Positions 14,193 to 25,070 of a stretch of DNA of 64,000 bases are shown here, piece by piece. Source of the DNA: the human T2T-CHM13v2.0 reference genome, Homo sapiens; the NCBI RefSeq assembly GCF_009914755.1, contig NC_060944.1; one strand, given 5' to 3'. The position numbers were made by a program, and so were the translations under genes. The number at the start of each line of letters is the position of its first letter. Position 1 is the stretch's first letter. Below the pieces are notes generated by a model that searched no databases, was not told the origin of the DNA, and saw nothing but the letters and a program-made list of their open reading frames with translations.

Positions 14193-15157
14193 GTGTGATG
14201 CATGTGCATTTGCACGCATGTGCTGTGGTGTGTGTGATGTACGTGCATTTGCACGCATGTGCTGTGGCGTGTGTGATGTACGTGCATTTGCACGCGTGTG
14301 CTGTGTGTGTGATGTACGTGCATTTGCACGCGTGTGCTGTGGCGTGTGTGATGTACGTGCGTTTGCACGCGTGTGCTGTGGCGTGTGTGATGTACGTGCG
14401 TTTGCACGCGTGTGCTGTGGCGTGTGTGATGTACGTGCGTTTGCACGCGTGTGCTGTGGCGTGTGTGATGTACGTGCGTTTGCACGCGTGTGCTGTGGTG
14501 TGTGATGTACGTGCGTTTGCACGCGTGTGCTGTGGCGTGTGTGATGTACGTGCGTTTGCACGCGTGTGCTGTGGCGTGTGTGATGTACGTGCGTTTGCAC
14601 GCGTGTGCTGTGGCGTGTGTGATGTACGTGCGTTTGCACGCGTGTGCTGTGGCGTGTGTGATGTACGTGCGTTTGCACGCGTGTTCTGTGGCGTGTGTGA
14701 TGTGTGTGCGTTTGCACGCGTGTGCTGTGGCGTGTGTGATGTGTGTGCGTTTGCACGCGTGTGCTGTGGCGTGTGTGATGTGTGTGCGTTTGCACGCGTG
14801 TGCTGTGGCGTGTGTGATGTGTGTGCGTTTGCACGCGTGTGCTGTGGCGTGTGTGATGTGTGTGCGTTTGCACGCGTGTGCTGTGGCGTGTGTGATGTGT
14901 GTGCGTTTGCACGCGTGTGCTGTGGCGTGTGTGATGTGTGTGCGTTTGCACGCGTGTGCTGTGGCGTGTGTGATGTGTGTGCGTTTGCACGCGTGTGCTG
15001 TGTGATGTGTGTGCGTTTGCACGCGTGTGCTGTGGTGTGTGATGTAGGTGCATTTACACGCGTGTGCTGTGGTGTGTGATGTAGGTGCATTTGCACGCGT
15101 GTGCTGTGGTGTGTGTGATGTGTGTGCGTTTGCACGTGTGTGCTGTGGTGTGTGTGT
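14193..15157. repeat. 39-bp CpG-rich minisatellite (GTGTGTGATGTACGTGCGTTTGCACGCGTGTGCTGTGGC), ~24 units
   Basis: Direct reading; 13-aa periodicity in the ORF track. Confidence 0.95.
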
Positions 15158-15543
15158 GGTGAGTGGATGGGAGGATATTTCCAGTGCTCTCCTCCTGGGA
15201 CTGATGCCATGATGAAAATCTGTGTAAACCAGACAGCACATCTCTCATCATTTCTTTGTGATGGGTCATTAGAAGCAGGATTCTGAATTTCTGGTTCAGA
15301 AGCTCTGTTACGTGGCCCTGGATCCACACATCTAAACGATGTTTCAGAAAGGTGGTGCCAATTTATATTCCCAGCAAGGACACTGGCTGTACCATGTCCC
15401 CACTGCCACCCTGGCCCTAGTTCTGTCATGTGGGCATTCCTTTGGACGTGCGTCCCAAGTGGACAGGTGTGAGGTGGCCCCAATCAATCCCACATTTACT
15501 CAATTAGTGGAGAGGCTGAGCACTTAAAAATCTGCTTAGCTTT

Positions 15544-15836
15544 GGCCGGGCGCGGTGGCTCACACCTGTAATCCCAGCACTTTGGAGGACAAGGCGGGTG
15601 GATCACAAGGTCAGGAGATCGAGACCATCCTGGCTAACACGGTGAAAACCCATCTCTACTAAAAATACAAAAAAAAAAAAAAATTGGCCTGGCATAGTGG
15701 TGGGTGCCTGTAGTCCCAGCTACTTGGGAGGCTGAGGCAGGAGAATGCTTGAACCCGGGAGGCATAGCTTGCAGTGAGCTGAGATTGCACCACTGCACTC
15801 CAGCCTGGGCAATAGAGCAAGACTCCGTCTCAAAAA
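15544..15836 (+). mobile_element. AluY/Sc8-like element with perfect 18-bp TSD AAAAATCTGCTTAGCTTT
   Basis: gagatcgagaccatcctggctaacacgg diagnostic; TSD at 15526-15543 and 15837-15854; TT/AAAAA L1-endonuclease site. Confidence 0.97.
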
Positions 15837-16308
15837 AAAAATCTGCTTAGCTTTCCTCCTTTCTTTTTTTGTGCATCACGTGTGTGTTTGCGTTTTCTAC
15901 TGAGGGTGGTGGGAATGGCCTTGTGCAAACACAGAGATTCACTGGGGCATCGGACATCTCTCTTCCACCTACAAACACAGCTTCTGGGTCTGTCCAGCCA
16001 CATCACAGAGGTCACATCAGTCTCCGGGGCTGTTTGTGACTTGTTTCGTATAGTCCTGGTGCCTTCTTAGAGTTTGTCCCTAAGTGTTTAACATATGCCC
16101 AACACATACTTATAACATATGCCTAGCATGTGCTTAACATGTGCGCCGGACAGAGGTGCTGGTGATGTGGGTGGTTCAGGGAATCTGTTTTATCCAAGGA
16201 TCATTAGTTATATTGATAAATAGGCAAAACCCATCCAAACTGGCTGAAGCCCCCAATGCAATGTTTTTGAAAGGGAATGGGGCTTTCTAGGGCCTGGAAC
16301 CAAACAAT

Positions 16309-16508
16309 AAAACTTTTTGTCAAAGGCCAGATAGTCATTATTTTAGGCTTGGCGGGCCAGATGTCGGGACCCACTCACCTCTGTGACGTAGGTGAAAAGC
16401 AGCCTTAGGAGATATGTACATGAATGGGTGGGGCTGTGTGCCAATAAAACTTTATTTACAACAGGCTGCAGCCAGATTGGGCCTTGAGCTGTGGTTTGTC
16501 CCTCCCTG
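16309..16508 (+). mobile_element. MER58A (hAT-Charlie non-autonomous DNA transposon)
   Basis: ggccagatagtcattattttaggctt...ggctgtgtgccaataaaactttatttaca matches the recalled MER58A consensus. Confidence 0.8.
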
Positions 16509-16589
16509 CTCTGTAAGGACACAGCCCCTTGCTGCTGCTTCTCTACTTTATGCCCCCATTTTTGCTCTCTGCTCAGCCCAGCCTTTCCT

Positions 16590-16627
16590 GTTTTTTTTGT
16601 TTGTTTGTTTGTTTGTTTGTTTGTTTT
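16590..16627. repeat. (TTTG)n microsatellite
   Basis: Direct reading. Confidence 0.9.
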
Positions 16628-16719
16628 CAGCACTTAGAGGAAAACGGCCCCTGGCCGACAGCCAAGGCTCTAACAGCCTCTTTGGCCCTCCTAGTGGCAT
16701 TATAAAGTTTGGCGTTATT

Positions 16720-16830
16720 GGCACCATTTGACAGGTGGGAAAACAGACCAGAAAGCCCGTGTGACATCGCCAAGGTTACGAAGCCACGAAGCAGCAGAGC
16801 TGGGCATCGAACCCACAGCTGCCTGCTCTT
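16720..16830 (-). mobile_element. MIR fragment
   Basis: ccatttgacaggtgggaaaac...gtgacatcgccaaggttac...cagagctgggcatcgaaccca resembles the MIR core in antisense. Confidence 0.6.
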
Positions 16831-16934
16831 GACACTGGCCATAGGAGTGTAGCATAGAGCAGGGGCAGGCATCGAACCCACAGCTGCCTGCTCTTGACAC
16901 TGGCCATAGGAGTGTAGCATAGAGCAGGGGCAGG
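16805..16934. repeat. Perfect 65-bp tandem duplication (2 copies)
   Basis: 16805-16869 is identical to 16870-16934. Confidence 0.95.
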
Positions 16935-18793
16935 ACGGGTCCGAGGCCGTGGCGCATGCCTGTGAGCCACAGCACCCAGGTATGGAGAAGAAGGAAAGAG
17001 GGGAAGCAAAACTCAGAAAACAGCTGAAAGGCCTGGCCTGTGCGGCCCCTCCGAGCCTGCCACGGAGCATTTTTTGCTGGGCAGATAATGATGGCACCAT
17101 AATGATGACTATAATAATGAAAGATAAAGGAAATGAAACATTATTAACCATTGATGGATAGTGTATTCAGTTTTCAATTTAATGATCTGCAACTGCAAAT
17201 CTATAGTCAAGAATGAACCAATTTCTCACTTCCTTTTTGCTCTGTTCATCCCAGATAAGGAAATGAAAGGATTACTCTGCAGACATGGAACCCAAATGTC
17301 AATGTTCTGCCTCATTAGAAGACCTGGCGCAGACGCCCCTGAAAGCCCACGTGGTTCTGGTGATGTTGCCCGGCTCACCTGGCCAGGGGGCTGGGGATGG
17401 CCGTGGGCACCCACACCAACCTCTGGCCTCAGCAGGCAGGAAAGGCGGCTCAGAGGCATCCCAGATCCGGACACCTGATCCCTCTCTGTGAGTGCCCTGG
17501 TGCTGGCTTCTTTTCCTCCCCCCTTCCTATGAATGTGCCCCAGATTCCATGTGTTAAGTATTGCGCTCTGGATGTGCCAGCCCATCCTAATGAGGAGCAA
17601 GGGATCAGAGGGAGATGGTGCTCAGATTGATGGTGAGTTGGCCAAGGTGAGCATTCATATCTCCTTCTCAATGCCCTTTTGCACTGAACACTGAGAGGGG
17701 ATGCAACCCAGACTCCCAGATCTGGCCCCGCTTTCTTCCCGGCTTGATTAGCTGGACAGGAGGCAGTGCAGGGTGAGAGCCTTCTGTTCAAAGCCAGACC
17801 TAAGTCCAGAGGAGTGCGTGTGCTGGGACTGGGGTTAATGCTGACGAGCTGCCTCCCTGTGTCATATGGACTTGAGGACCCACTTGCTTTGCGAAGCTCA
17901 CTTGTCCAGCTGTTTCACACATGTGACCCCATGGAACCTGCCAGACCCAGCCACCGCAGCTTCTGCGGAGGGCATGGATCAGGCATGTTCTTTCCATGCT
18001 ACTTAGTGTGGAGGGGGCGTGTACGGGTTTCAGTTCAGAAGTCAAGAGTAACAGCTAATGCTTTTACTTCAGGAGTGAAATTACAAGCAAACCTCCTGCT
18101 CGGCAGCTTTGTGCAAGTAAACATATGACAGCGTAAAAGCTTTTTAACATCCCTGAGTATTGCTCTGGTTCACAAGACGTTGAAAACTGAAAATAAAACA
18201 ATGAGAAGAGTTGTGTTTGTCAGCCCAGCTTGCAGGGAAGAATCCCGAATAGCTGACGAGTTCATTTTTACTTATTTATGGGCAAATTTCAAAGTTGCAT
18301 CTGTTCCTATTCTGTGAGCACTCAGACATCCTCTGGGACTTTGTTTGTTTGTTTGTTTGTTGGTCTCTGTGTGACTGGCATTTGCCTGAAGTTTAATATC
18401 AAGTAGGCCAGATGGAAGAATGGGCAAGTTAACTCCAGAGAAGCCGATTGTCTTAAACATACTGGATGTCACCCTTCTCAATGGTGCTTCCTGGAGCATT
18501 TAATTTGTGGGACAGGTGTCTCAGTGGGACACGAATCCCCCAGCTGTGCAGAACAGTCAATGGCCACGGACTCCAGGTCCCCTCCGTGCCCTGCTCCTTG
18601 GCCCTGAAGCTGCAGGTCCTCTGTGAGCCTCAGTGTCTTCGTCTGAAAACCAGGATGAGACTCACAGCAGCCTTGTCATGTGGTGAAGTGAGGGGAGCTT
18701 GTGTGTTGGTGACTTTGTGGGGTGCCTGGCAGGCAGTCTACTCTCAGTGCACACTACATCTTCTTTAAAATAAGCACGAATAGGGGCACTCAT

Positions 18794-19007
18794 GGCCAGC
18801 TTGGGCAACATCGAGAGACCTGGTCTCTACACTAATATAAAACATAGCTGGGTGTGGTGGTGCACACCTGTAATCCCAGCTTCTCAGGAGGCTGACGTGG
18901 CAGGATCACTTCAGCCCAGGAGGTCAAGGCTGCAGTGAGCTGTGATTATGCCACTGCACCCCAGTCTGGGTGACAGAACGAGACCCTGTCTCAAGAAGAA
19001 GAAAAAA
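18794..19007 (+). mobile_element. 5'-truncated AluJ
   Basis: ggatcacttcagcccaggaggtcaaggctgcagtgagctgtgatt...gagaccctgtctc plus A-rich tail. Confidence 0.9.
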
Positions 19008-21175
19008 GAGTGCTTATGGGGTCCTGTGAGTGGCTGAGCCCTATTCATTTTCTACAGTGGGGTAGCATTCACAAGGGATGCCCCATTGACTTCTGTTCCC
19101 TCCCTGGGCACAGGGGTGGGGTGGGAGCCTGGAGTTTGGTGGACCGTCACGGGCATGCATCCCAGGCTGCCGAAGACCCTGCTTACCCCATGTGGCCCTG
19201 GGCCTCTTGCTGGGGTGGTGCACTCAGCATGGAGGCGGGGAGAGAGAGTCTGTGTCTGCATCCCTGCCTGCCAGCCACTCCCCCTAAGTGAGGCTTGTGC
19301 GTGAGTCCCGCACAGGAAGCATCCATTGTGGGAATAAGAGGCGTGCAGGGACCAGCCTCCTGGGGTTGCTGTGGAAGAGGAGCCTGAAGCCGGGAGGACA
19401 AGGCCAGTGTCCGGGTGGCACTGTGGCATTAAGCTGCTTCTGTTAGGAAATGGGTGGTTCCTTGCACCCCAGAGTGTGGTGGAAATCAGCACGAGGGCTA
19501 TGTTATCTCAGTGAAATATGAGTTCCACAGCACGAAAGGAAACGACAGCCAACAGGATTTGGTAGAACAGTTGTCAGCCTTGGAAAATTATATTTATCCA
19601 AATCTGCTTGGTGAAAGAAGGCTCTGGTCTGTTTTTATTCTCACGATTTTGTTTTTACCAAGTAGAACGCATTCCTCAGGAGAGGTCTTTGGGCACAGGA
19701 TCCAGTTACATTTTCCCAGAAAAAAAAAATCCCTTTTCATGGGATTGGCTGTATTTTCTGAGTGATCCACGAAAATGAGGATTTCTCAATCTTCTGGATA
19801 GGCCCCCAAAGTTGAACTATGTAACCTGTTAGAGCTGAAAACATCATGTTGTTCGCTCTTGGCAGACAACCTAATGCCCTTGACAGCCAGCGTTCAAAGC
19901 GGTGGCCATTGGTTGCTGGGTGACCCTTTGTCCGCACTTAGGCCAGTCTTATGGATGGCTGGGTCTGGAGAAAGCAGGTGGTCAGAGGCTTTGCTCATTC
20001 AGGGCATGGCCCACTCAGTGCTGCCAAGAGCCCCTGAGCATGGGCTGGGGGCTCTGAGCAGTTCCTGATGAATGAGCTCTGTGCAGCCAGGCCCTGATGC
20101 CCATGGTGGTCTCAGCAGGCAGGCCAGAGCTGCGGTTACCACGGGGCCAGGCAGCCCTCCTGCTGCAAGGAGAGGGAGCATTACCGTCAGAAGCACAACT
20201 TTGCTGGGCTGCCGCGGCCGGCTCCAGACCTCACAGCACATGAAGGTGCCAGCGATTCGAGCACGCCTGCCCGGCGCTGACGTTGCCGGCTGCTCCACAA
20301 AGCAGGGCGGCCAAACAATAAAAATATAAGCAGGTTTGGCTTTTATCTGTGTTGGGAGGTTCAAGGGTATTCCTTGTCTTCAGGCAACAATAAAATCATC
20401 ATGTTCTGAGGCGGAAGTCATAGGCTTTCGCTCTTCTAAAGTAAACTGGGGCTTAAAAGGAAAGTGGCTTATAGAGATCCTATTAGGGCAGGAAAAAAAA
20501 ATGTTTTTAAGCTAGGAATTCCTTCTCTTTCTCAAGCAGTTGGAATGACAGAGCAGTTTATGAAGCACACTCTTCTTTAGAAGGCAGAAGTTGTTTCTTC
20601 CCTAAGGCCAAACGTACCATTTGCAGACACTCTGAGCAAGATTCTGGGGTGATGGGGAGGGCAGAGGAGAACGGGGTGCCCCACTGCACCCTGCCATTGC
20701 TTGGTGGGCCTTGTCCTGGCCTGAACAGTGGCATGTGCTGAGCGGCGTGCTCCCAGCTCCTGGCACTGTCAGCTGTCAGCATGCTCCCTCAGTCTATGGG
20801 TAGGGACACCAAAGCTCACAGGATGGAGTGACCAGCCCAGAGTCCCACATCTGAGCCAGGATCTGACCCAGGGTCATTTGGCCCCCAGGCTAAGTCTTCT
20901 AGCCCTGAAGCCCTCTCTTCTCTGGGGGAGGCTGTTTCTGAAACTCTCTGCCTGCTCGTGCCACCAGCGCATGCCAACAGTAAGGGGTACGGGGTGTCGC
21001 CAGCCTGCAGTGCTGTGGGAGAGAAACAATCTCTGTTCTGGTGCTGTGTGGGTGCCCAGGGGCATGAGTGCCTGGGGAGTGTGACCACAGGCCAGTGGCA
21101 GTCCCTGCCTTTGGATTAAAGAGCCCTTTGAGGCTTGCTTGGTGATGTCATGGAAAACAGCATATGACACCAAGA

Positions 21176-22012
21176 TATCCCCATATCCAACGAGACTTGC
21201 TGGGTTTATCCCCGTATCCAACGAGACTTGCTGGGTTTATCCCCGTATCCAACGAGACTTGCTGGGTTTATCCCCGTATCCAACGAGACTTGCTGGGTTT
21301 ATCCCCGTATCCAACGAGACTTGCTGGGTTTATCCCCGTATCCAACGAGACTTGCTGGGTTTATCCCCGTATCCAACGAGACTTGCTGGGTTTATCCCCG
21401 TATCCAACGAGACTTGCTGGGTTTATCCCCGTATCCAACGAGACTTGCTGGGTTTATCCCCGTATCCAACGAGACTTGCTGGGTTTATCCCCGTATCCAA
21501 CGAGACTTGCTGGGTTTATCCCCGTATCCAATGAGACTTGCTGGGTTTATCCCCGTATCCAATGAGACTTGCTGGGTTTATCCCCGTATCCAATGAGACT
21601 TGCTGGGTTTATCCCCGTATCCAATGAGACTTGCTGGGTTTATCCCCGTATCCAATGAGACTTGCTGGGTTTATCCCCGTATCCAATGAGACTTGCTGGG
21701 TTTATCCCGATATCCAATGAGACTTGCTGGATTTATCCCCGTATCCAATGAGACTTGCTGGGTTTATCCCCGTATCCAATGAGACTTGCTGGGTTTATCC
21801 CCGTATCCAATGAGACTTGCTGGGTTTATCCCGATATCCAATGAGACTTGCTGGATTTATCCCCGTATCCAATGAGACTTGCTGGGTTTATCCCCGTATC
21901 CAATGAGACTTGCTGGGTTTATCCCGATATCCAATGAGACTTGCTGGATTTATCCCCGTATCCAATGAGACTTGCTGGATTTATCCCCATATCCAATGAG
22001 ACTTGCTGGGTT
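21176..22012. repeat. 31-bp minisatellite TATCCCCGTATCCAA(C/T)GAGACTTGCTGGGTT, 27 units
   Basis: Unit starts checked at 21176+31n; no length variants seen. Confidence 0.98.
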
Positions 22013-22339
22013 TAGCACCACAGATGCCAGTCACAGAGGAAATTGATGGCTTGGCAGACAGCGTGACATGTTGACTACCTGCCCTGGTCCTTGCAGATGG
22101 CATGGGCACAAAGGGGATGTGGGGTGAAGAGTTGAAACGAGTGCCTTCTCCAGAAGATGGCACAGGTGTAAGATGAAGACAGCCCCAATTTCTGTGTCAC
22201 TGGAGAGAAGAGGACCCAGCCACCCACAGTGGGCTGTGATGTGGGGGAGAAAGGACCTGCTACTCTTCCTAGCCTCTGAGGTTTAGGAATGGAACTGTTA
22301 CAGAAAGGAGCCTTAATAACCCAAACCAATAAAAGTGGG

Positions 22340-22480
22340 CCATATTCCTGAAAAATCTAAGGGTCTGATGTTAGCTTCAGGCATGGCTGGATCCAGGAGT
22401 CCAAACACCGTTATCAAGAGCCTGTATCTTTCCATCTCTTGGCTTGGCCTTTTTTTGGCTCATTCTGGGGTTTGGTTTGT
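22340..22480. mobile_element. Possible ancient ERVL LTR fragment (LTR33-like)
   Basis: agcttcaggcatggctggatccaggagtccaaac motif, recalled from old ERVL LTRs. Confidence 0.35.
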
Positions 22481-22680
22481 TCGTTTTTCTTGACTTTATT
22501 CTCTAGCTAGATCTTCCCTCGTGGGGCATCTGTGTGTCCCCCAACCCCTGTCTCACACTCAGCTCTGTCTTTTTGGCTTTCCTGCCTGCACCTTGGCAGT
22601 CCCTGCGAGTGAGAACCTCTCTTTTCCAGTCATCCTCCCCCAAGTCCTGTCTCTGAGTCTCACTGGCCTGACTCACACCT

Positions 22681-22845
22681 TGTAGTGAGTTGAATGGTGG
22701 CCTCCAAAAGATATGTGCACCCAGAAGCTGTGAGTGTCTTTATTTGGACAAAAGGGTCTTTGCAGTTGTGATTAAGTTAATGATCTGGAGACAGGATCAC
22801 CCCGGCGGGTCCCATATCCGGTGACAAGGCACAGCCATGTGAAGA
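22681..22845 (+). mobile_element. MLT1C-like LTR, 5' fragment
   Basis: tgtagtgagttgaatggtggcctccaaaagatatgt...gggtctttgcagttgtgattaagtta. Confidence 0.75.
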
Positions 22846-22934
22846 CTTGTGGAAAGAACGAGAACTCAAGACAGTACCGTGGTGTGTGGGCCCTGGGCCT
22901 GCTCTTGTGGCAGGAGGTCACATCTTACAGGTAC

Positions 22935-23045
22935 CCGTTAGCTGTGTGACCCCGGACAAGCTTCTCACCCTCTCTGGACTTCAGTCTCCTCCAGAGTAAG
23001 GGGGGATAATGGAGTGCCTCCTTCATGTAGGGTGAAATAGCTAAG
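22935..23045 (+). mobile_element. MIR fragment
   Basis: tagctgtgtgaccccggacaagcttctcaccctctctggacttcagtctcctc. Confidence 0.6.
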
Positions 23046-23236
23046 AATGCAAGGTGCTGCAAAGACTGCCGGTCGGCAGGAACTCCCTGAGAGCCTTTGT
23101 TCCTCCCTAAGGCAGTGTGCCACAAGGCCAAACATGCGGGCACCCGCGCCAGGCCACCAGGTTACCGGGGGTTTCCAGTCTGCTGTGTGACCCTATCCCA
23201 GTGACTTATGGCCTCGGAGACTCGGTTTCCATTATC

Positions 23237-23798
23237 TTTTTTTTCCACTTTTCCTTTAGGTTCGGGGGTACATGTGAAGGTTTGTCACACAGGTTAACAC
23301 GTGTCACAAGGGCTTATTATACATATCATTTCATCTCCCAGGACCTAAGCCCGATACCCAATAGTTGTCTTTCCTGCTCCTCTCCCTCCTCCCACCCTCC
23401 CTGCTCAAGTAGCCCCCCGTGTCTGGTGTTTCTTTCTTTGTGTTCATCAGTTCTTATCATTTAGCTCCCTCTTATAAGTGAGAACATGCGGTATTCGGTT
23501 TTCTGTTCCTGCGTAAGTTTGCTAAGGATGACGGCCTCCAGCTTCATCCATGTCCCTGCAAGCAGTATGGTGATTCCTCAAATAGCTCAAAGCAGAACTA
23601 CCACTTGATCCAGCAATCCCACTACTGGATATATACCCAGAGGAATGTAAATCATTCTACCCTAAAGACACATGCACGCAAATATTCATGGCAGCACTGT
23701 TCACAAGAGCAAAGACATGGAATCAGCCGAAATGCCCATCAGTGACAGATTGGAGAAGAATATGTGGTAGATATACACCATGGAATATTAGGCAGCCA
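23237..23798 (-). mobile_element. 5'-truncated L1PA (old, PA13-16-like) with 5' inversion, inserted into a MIR
   Basis: 23237-23561 is the antisense L1 3' end with poly(T); 23562-23798 is the upstream L1 segment in sense orientation; MIR halves lie at ~23180-23236 and ~23799-23865. Confidence 0.9.
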
Positions 23799-23948
23799 GT
23801 TTCCTTTTCTGTAAGTAAGGACTGAGATAGTCCCTGCCTCGTGGAGTTGATAAGGATGTGAAACGCATCCACCCCAGTCCTTTTTGAGTGGGCACTGCTC
23901 TTTTTATTAGTATGATTTTTCTTCCATTGCCATCCTCTGGTCTAGTCT

Positions 23949-24155
23949 AGTGGTTCTCAAAGGGGGCAAGTCCAGCCCCAGGGGCACTGGGCAACTACTG
24001 GAGACGTTTTTGGTTGTCACAGCTTGGGGAGGGGTGCTGTTGGCGTCCAGTGGATGGAGGCTGGAGCTGCCGCAGAAGGTGCTGGTGGGCACAAGACGGC
24101 CCCACCACAGAGGACGGCCCAGCCCCAGCTGCCAACAGCACTGAGCCTTGGAAGT
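23949..24155 (+). mobile_element. MER20 (hAT-Charlie)
   Basis: agtggttctcaa...ctggagacgtttttggttgtcaca...gtgctgttggcgtccagtgg. Confidence 0.8.
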
Positions 24156-24274
24156 GCGGCCAGGGCTGACCTGCAGACGCACAGCGCACTCACGCCCTTA
24201 TGCGGAGATTTCTTCCTAACAGGTCTGCTTTGAGGTGCCAGAAACACGAGAAAATAGAGAAACTTGGGCAATGC

Positions 24275-24300
24275 TGTTTTTGTTTTTGTTTTTGTTTTTG
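24275..24300. repeat. (TTTTTG)n microsatellite
   Basis: Direct reading. Confidence 0.85.
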
Positions 24301-24661
24301 TAGCAACCTCTGTTCAATGAAGGAGTTGAGTCCCAGGAAACTGGCCCCTGAGCAGCCTCTGGTATCAGCAGTCCAGATGCAGAGGTGCCTCTGTGCCCTA
24401 GGAGGGAGGAAGCCCCACAAGGCAGGCAGTGCCTGCCTGTTTCAGATGCTGTCAGCAGGCCTTTGAGTCTGTGTGCTGCCGGGGTCTGCGGCGACCTGCC
24501 TAGGGGCCTGGCTGTGGCTGGGTGTGGTCCCCACGCTCCCCGAGGCTCAGGGCTCCCCTGAGTGTAGCCACTTCCGCAGATCCCCTGCAGCTCCCATCAG
24601 GATGGTGGGGACCTAGGAGGGAGGGCTGGTTCCTTCAGAGAGACAGGGAGACTTTTGCTCC

Positions 24662-24749
24662 TTCTAGCTGTCCCCACATGAACGTAGTAGGACTTGGCCT
24701 GCGGGTTCTAGCTCTCCCCACATGCACGTAGTGGGACTTGGCCTGTGTG
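24662..24749. repeat. Diverged 44-bp tandem duplication
   Basis: ttctagct(g/c)tccccacatg(a/c)acgtagt(a/g)ggacttggcctg at 24662 and 24706. Confidence 0.85.
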
Positions 24750-24974
24750 GATGCAGAGAGGAGGATGAGGGTGGATGAGAGTGGTCTCACAGCTCCTGGG
24801 ACGGGTGGCAGGAGGACCCGTAGGACAGGGAGGTGCAGAGTGAGGGTTAGTGCACAGTTACCCCGGTATCTGGTCCCATGGGTTCACAGAGTCACGTGAC
24901 TACAGCTCCGACCCCTGGCTGGAGAGGCCCCAGGTGCCCGGCAGGCGTGCGGGGACTTCTGGGGAAGGAAGGTC

Positions 24975-25070
24975 AGTCACTCAACCAACACTTGTTGAGC
25001 GCCAGGCCTGGACTGGTCCTGGGGACAACAGTGCCAAGAAAGTCAAGTCCCAGCCCTGAAATAGCCTTGC
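24975..25070 (-). mobile_element. L2 3'-end fragment
   Basis: cactcaaccaacacttgttgagcgccagg...ctggggaca...aagtcccagccctg. Confidence 0.45.

Noticed and set aside
13786-15483. 565-aa His/Thr-rich and Cys/Val-rich ORFs resembling metal-binding proteins
   Set aside because: Artefact of the TG/CA-rich 39-bp VNTR; the same applies at 36200-36875 and 43280-44011.
21176-22012. CRISPR-like array of ~31-bp repeats
   Set aside because: Units are directly adjacent with no unique spacers, there are no cas genes, and the context is eukaryotic.
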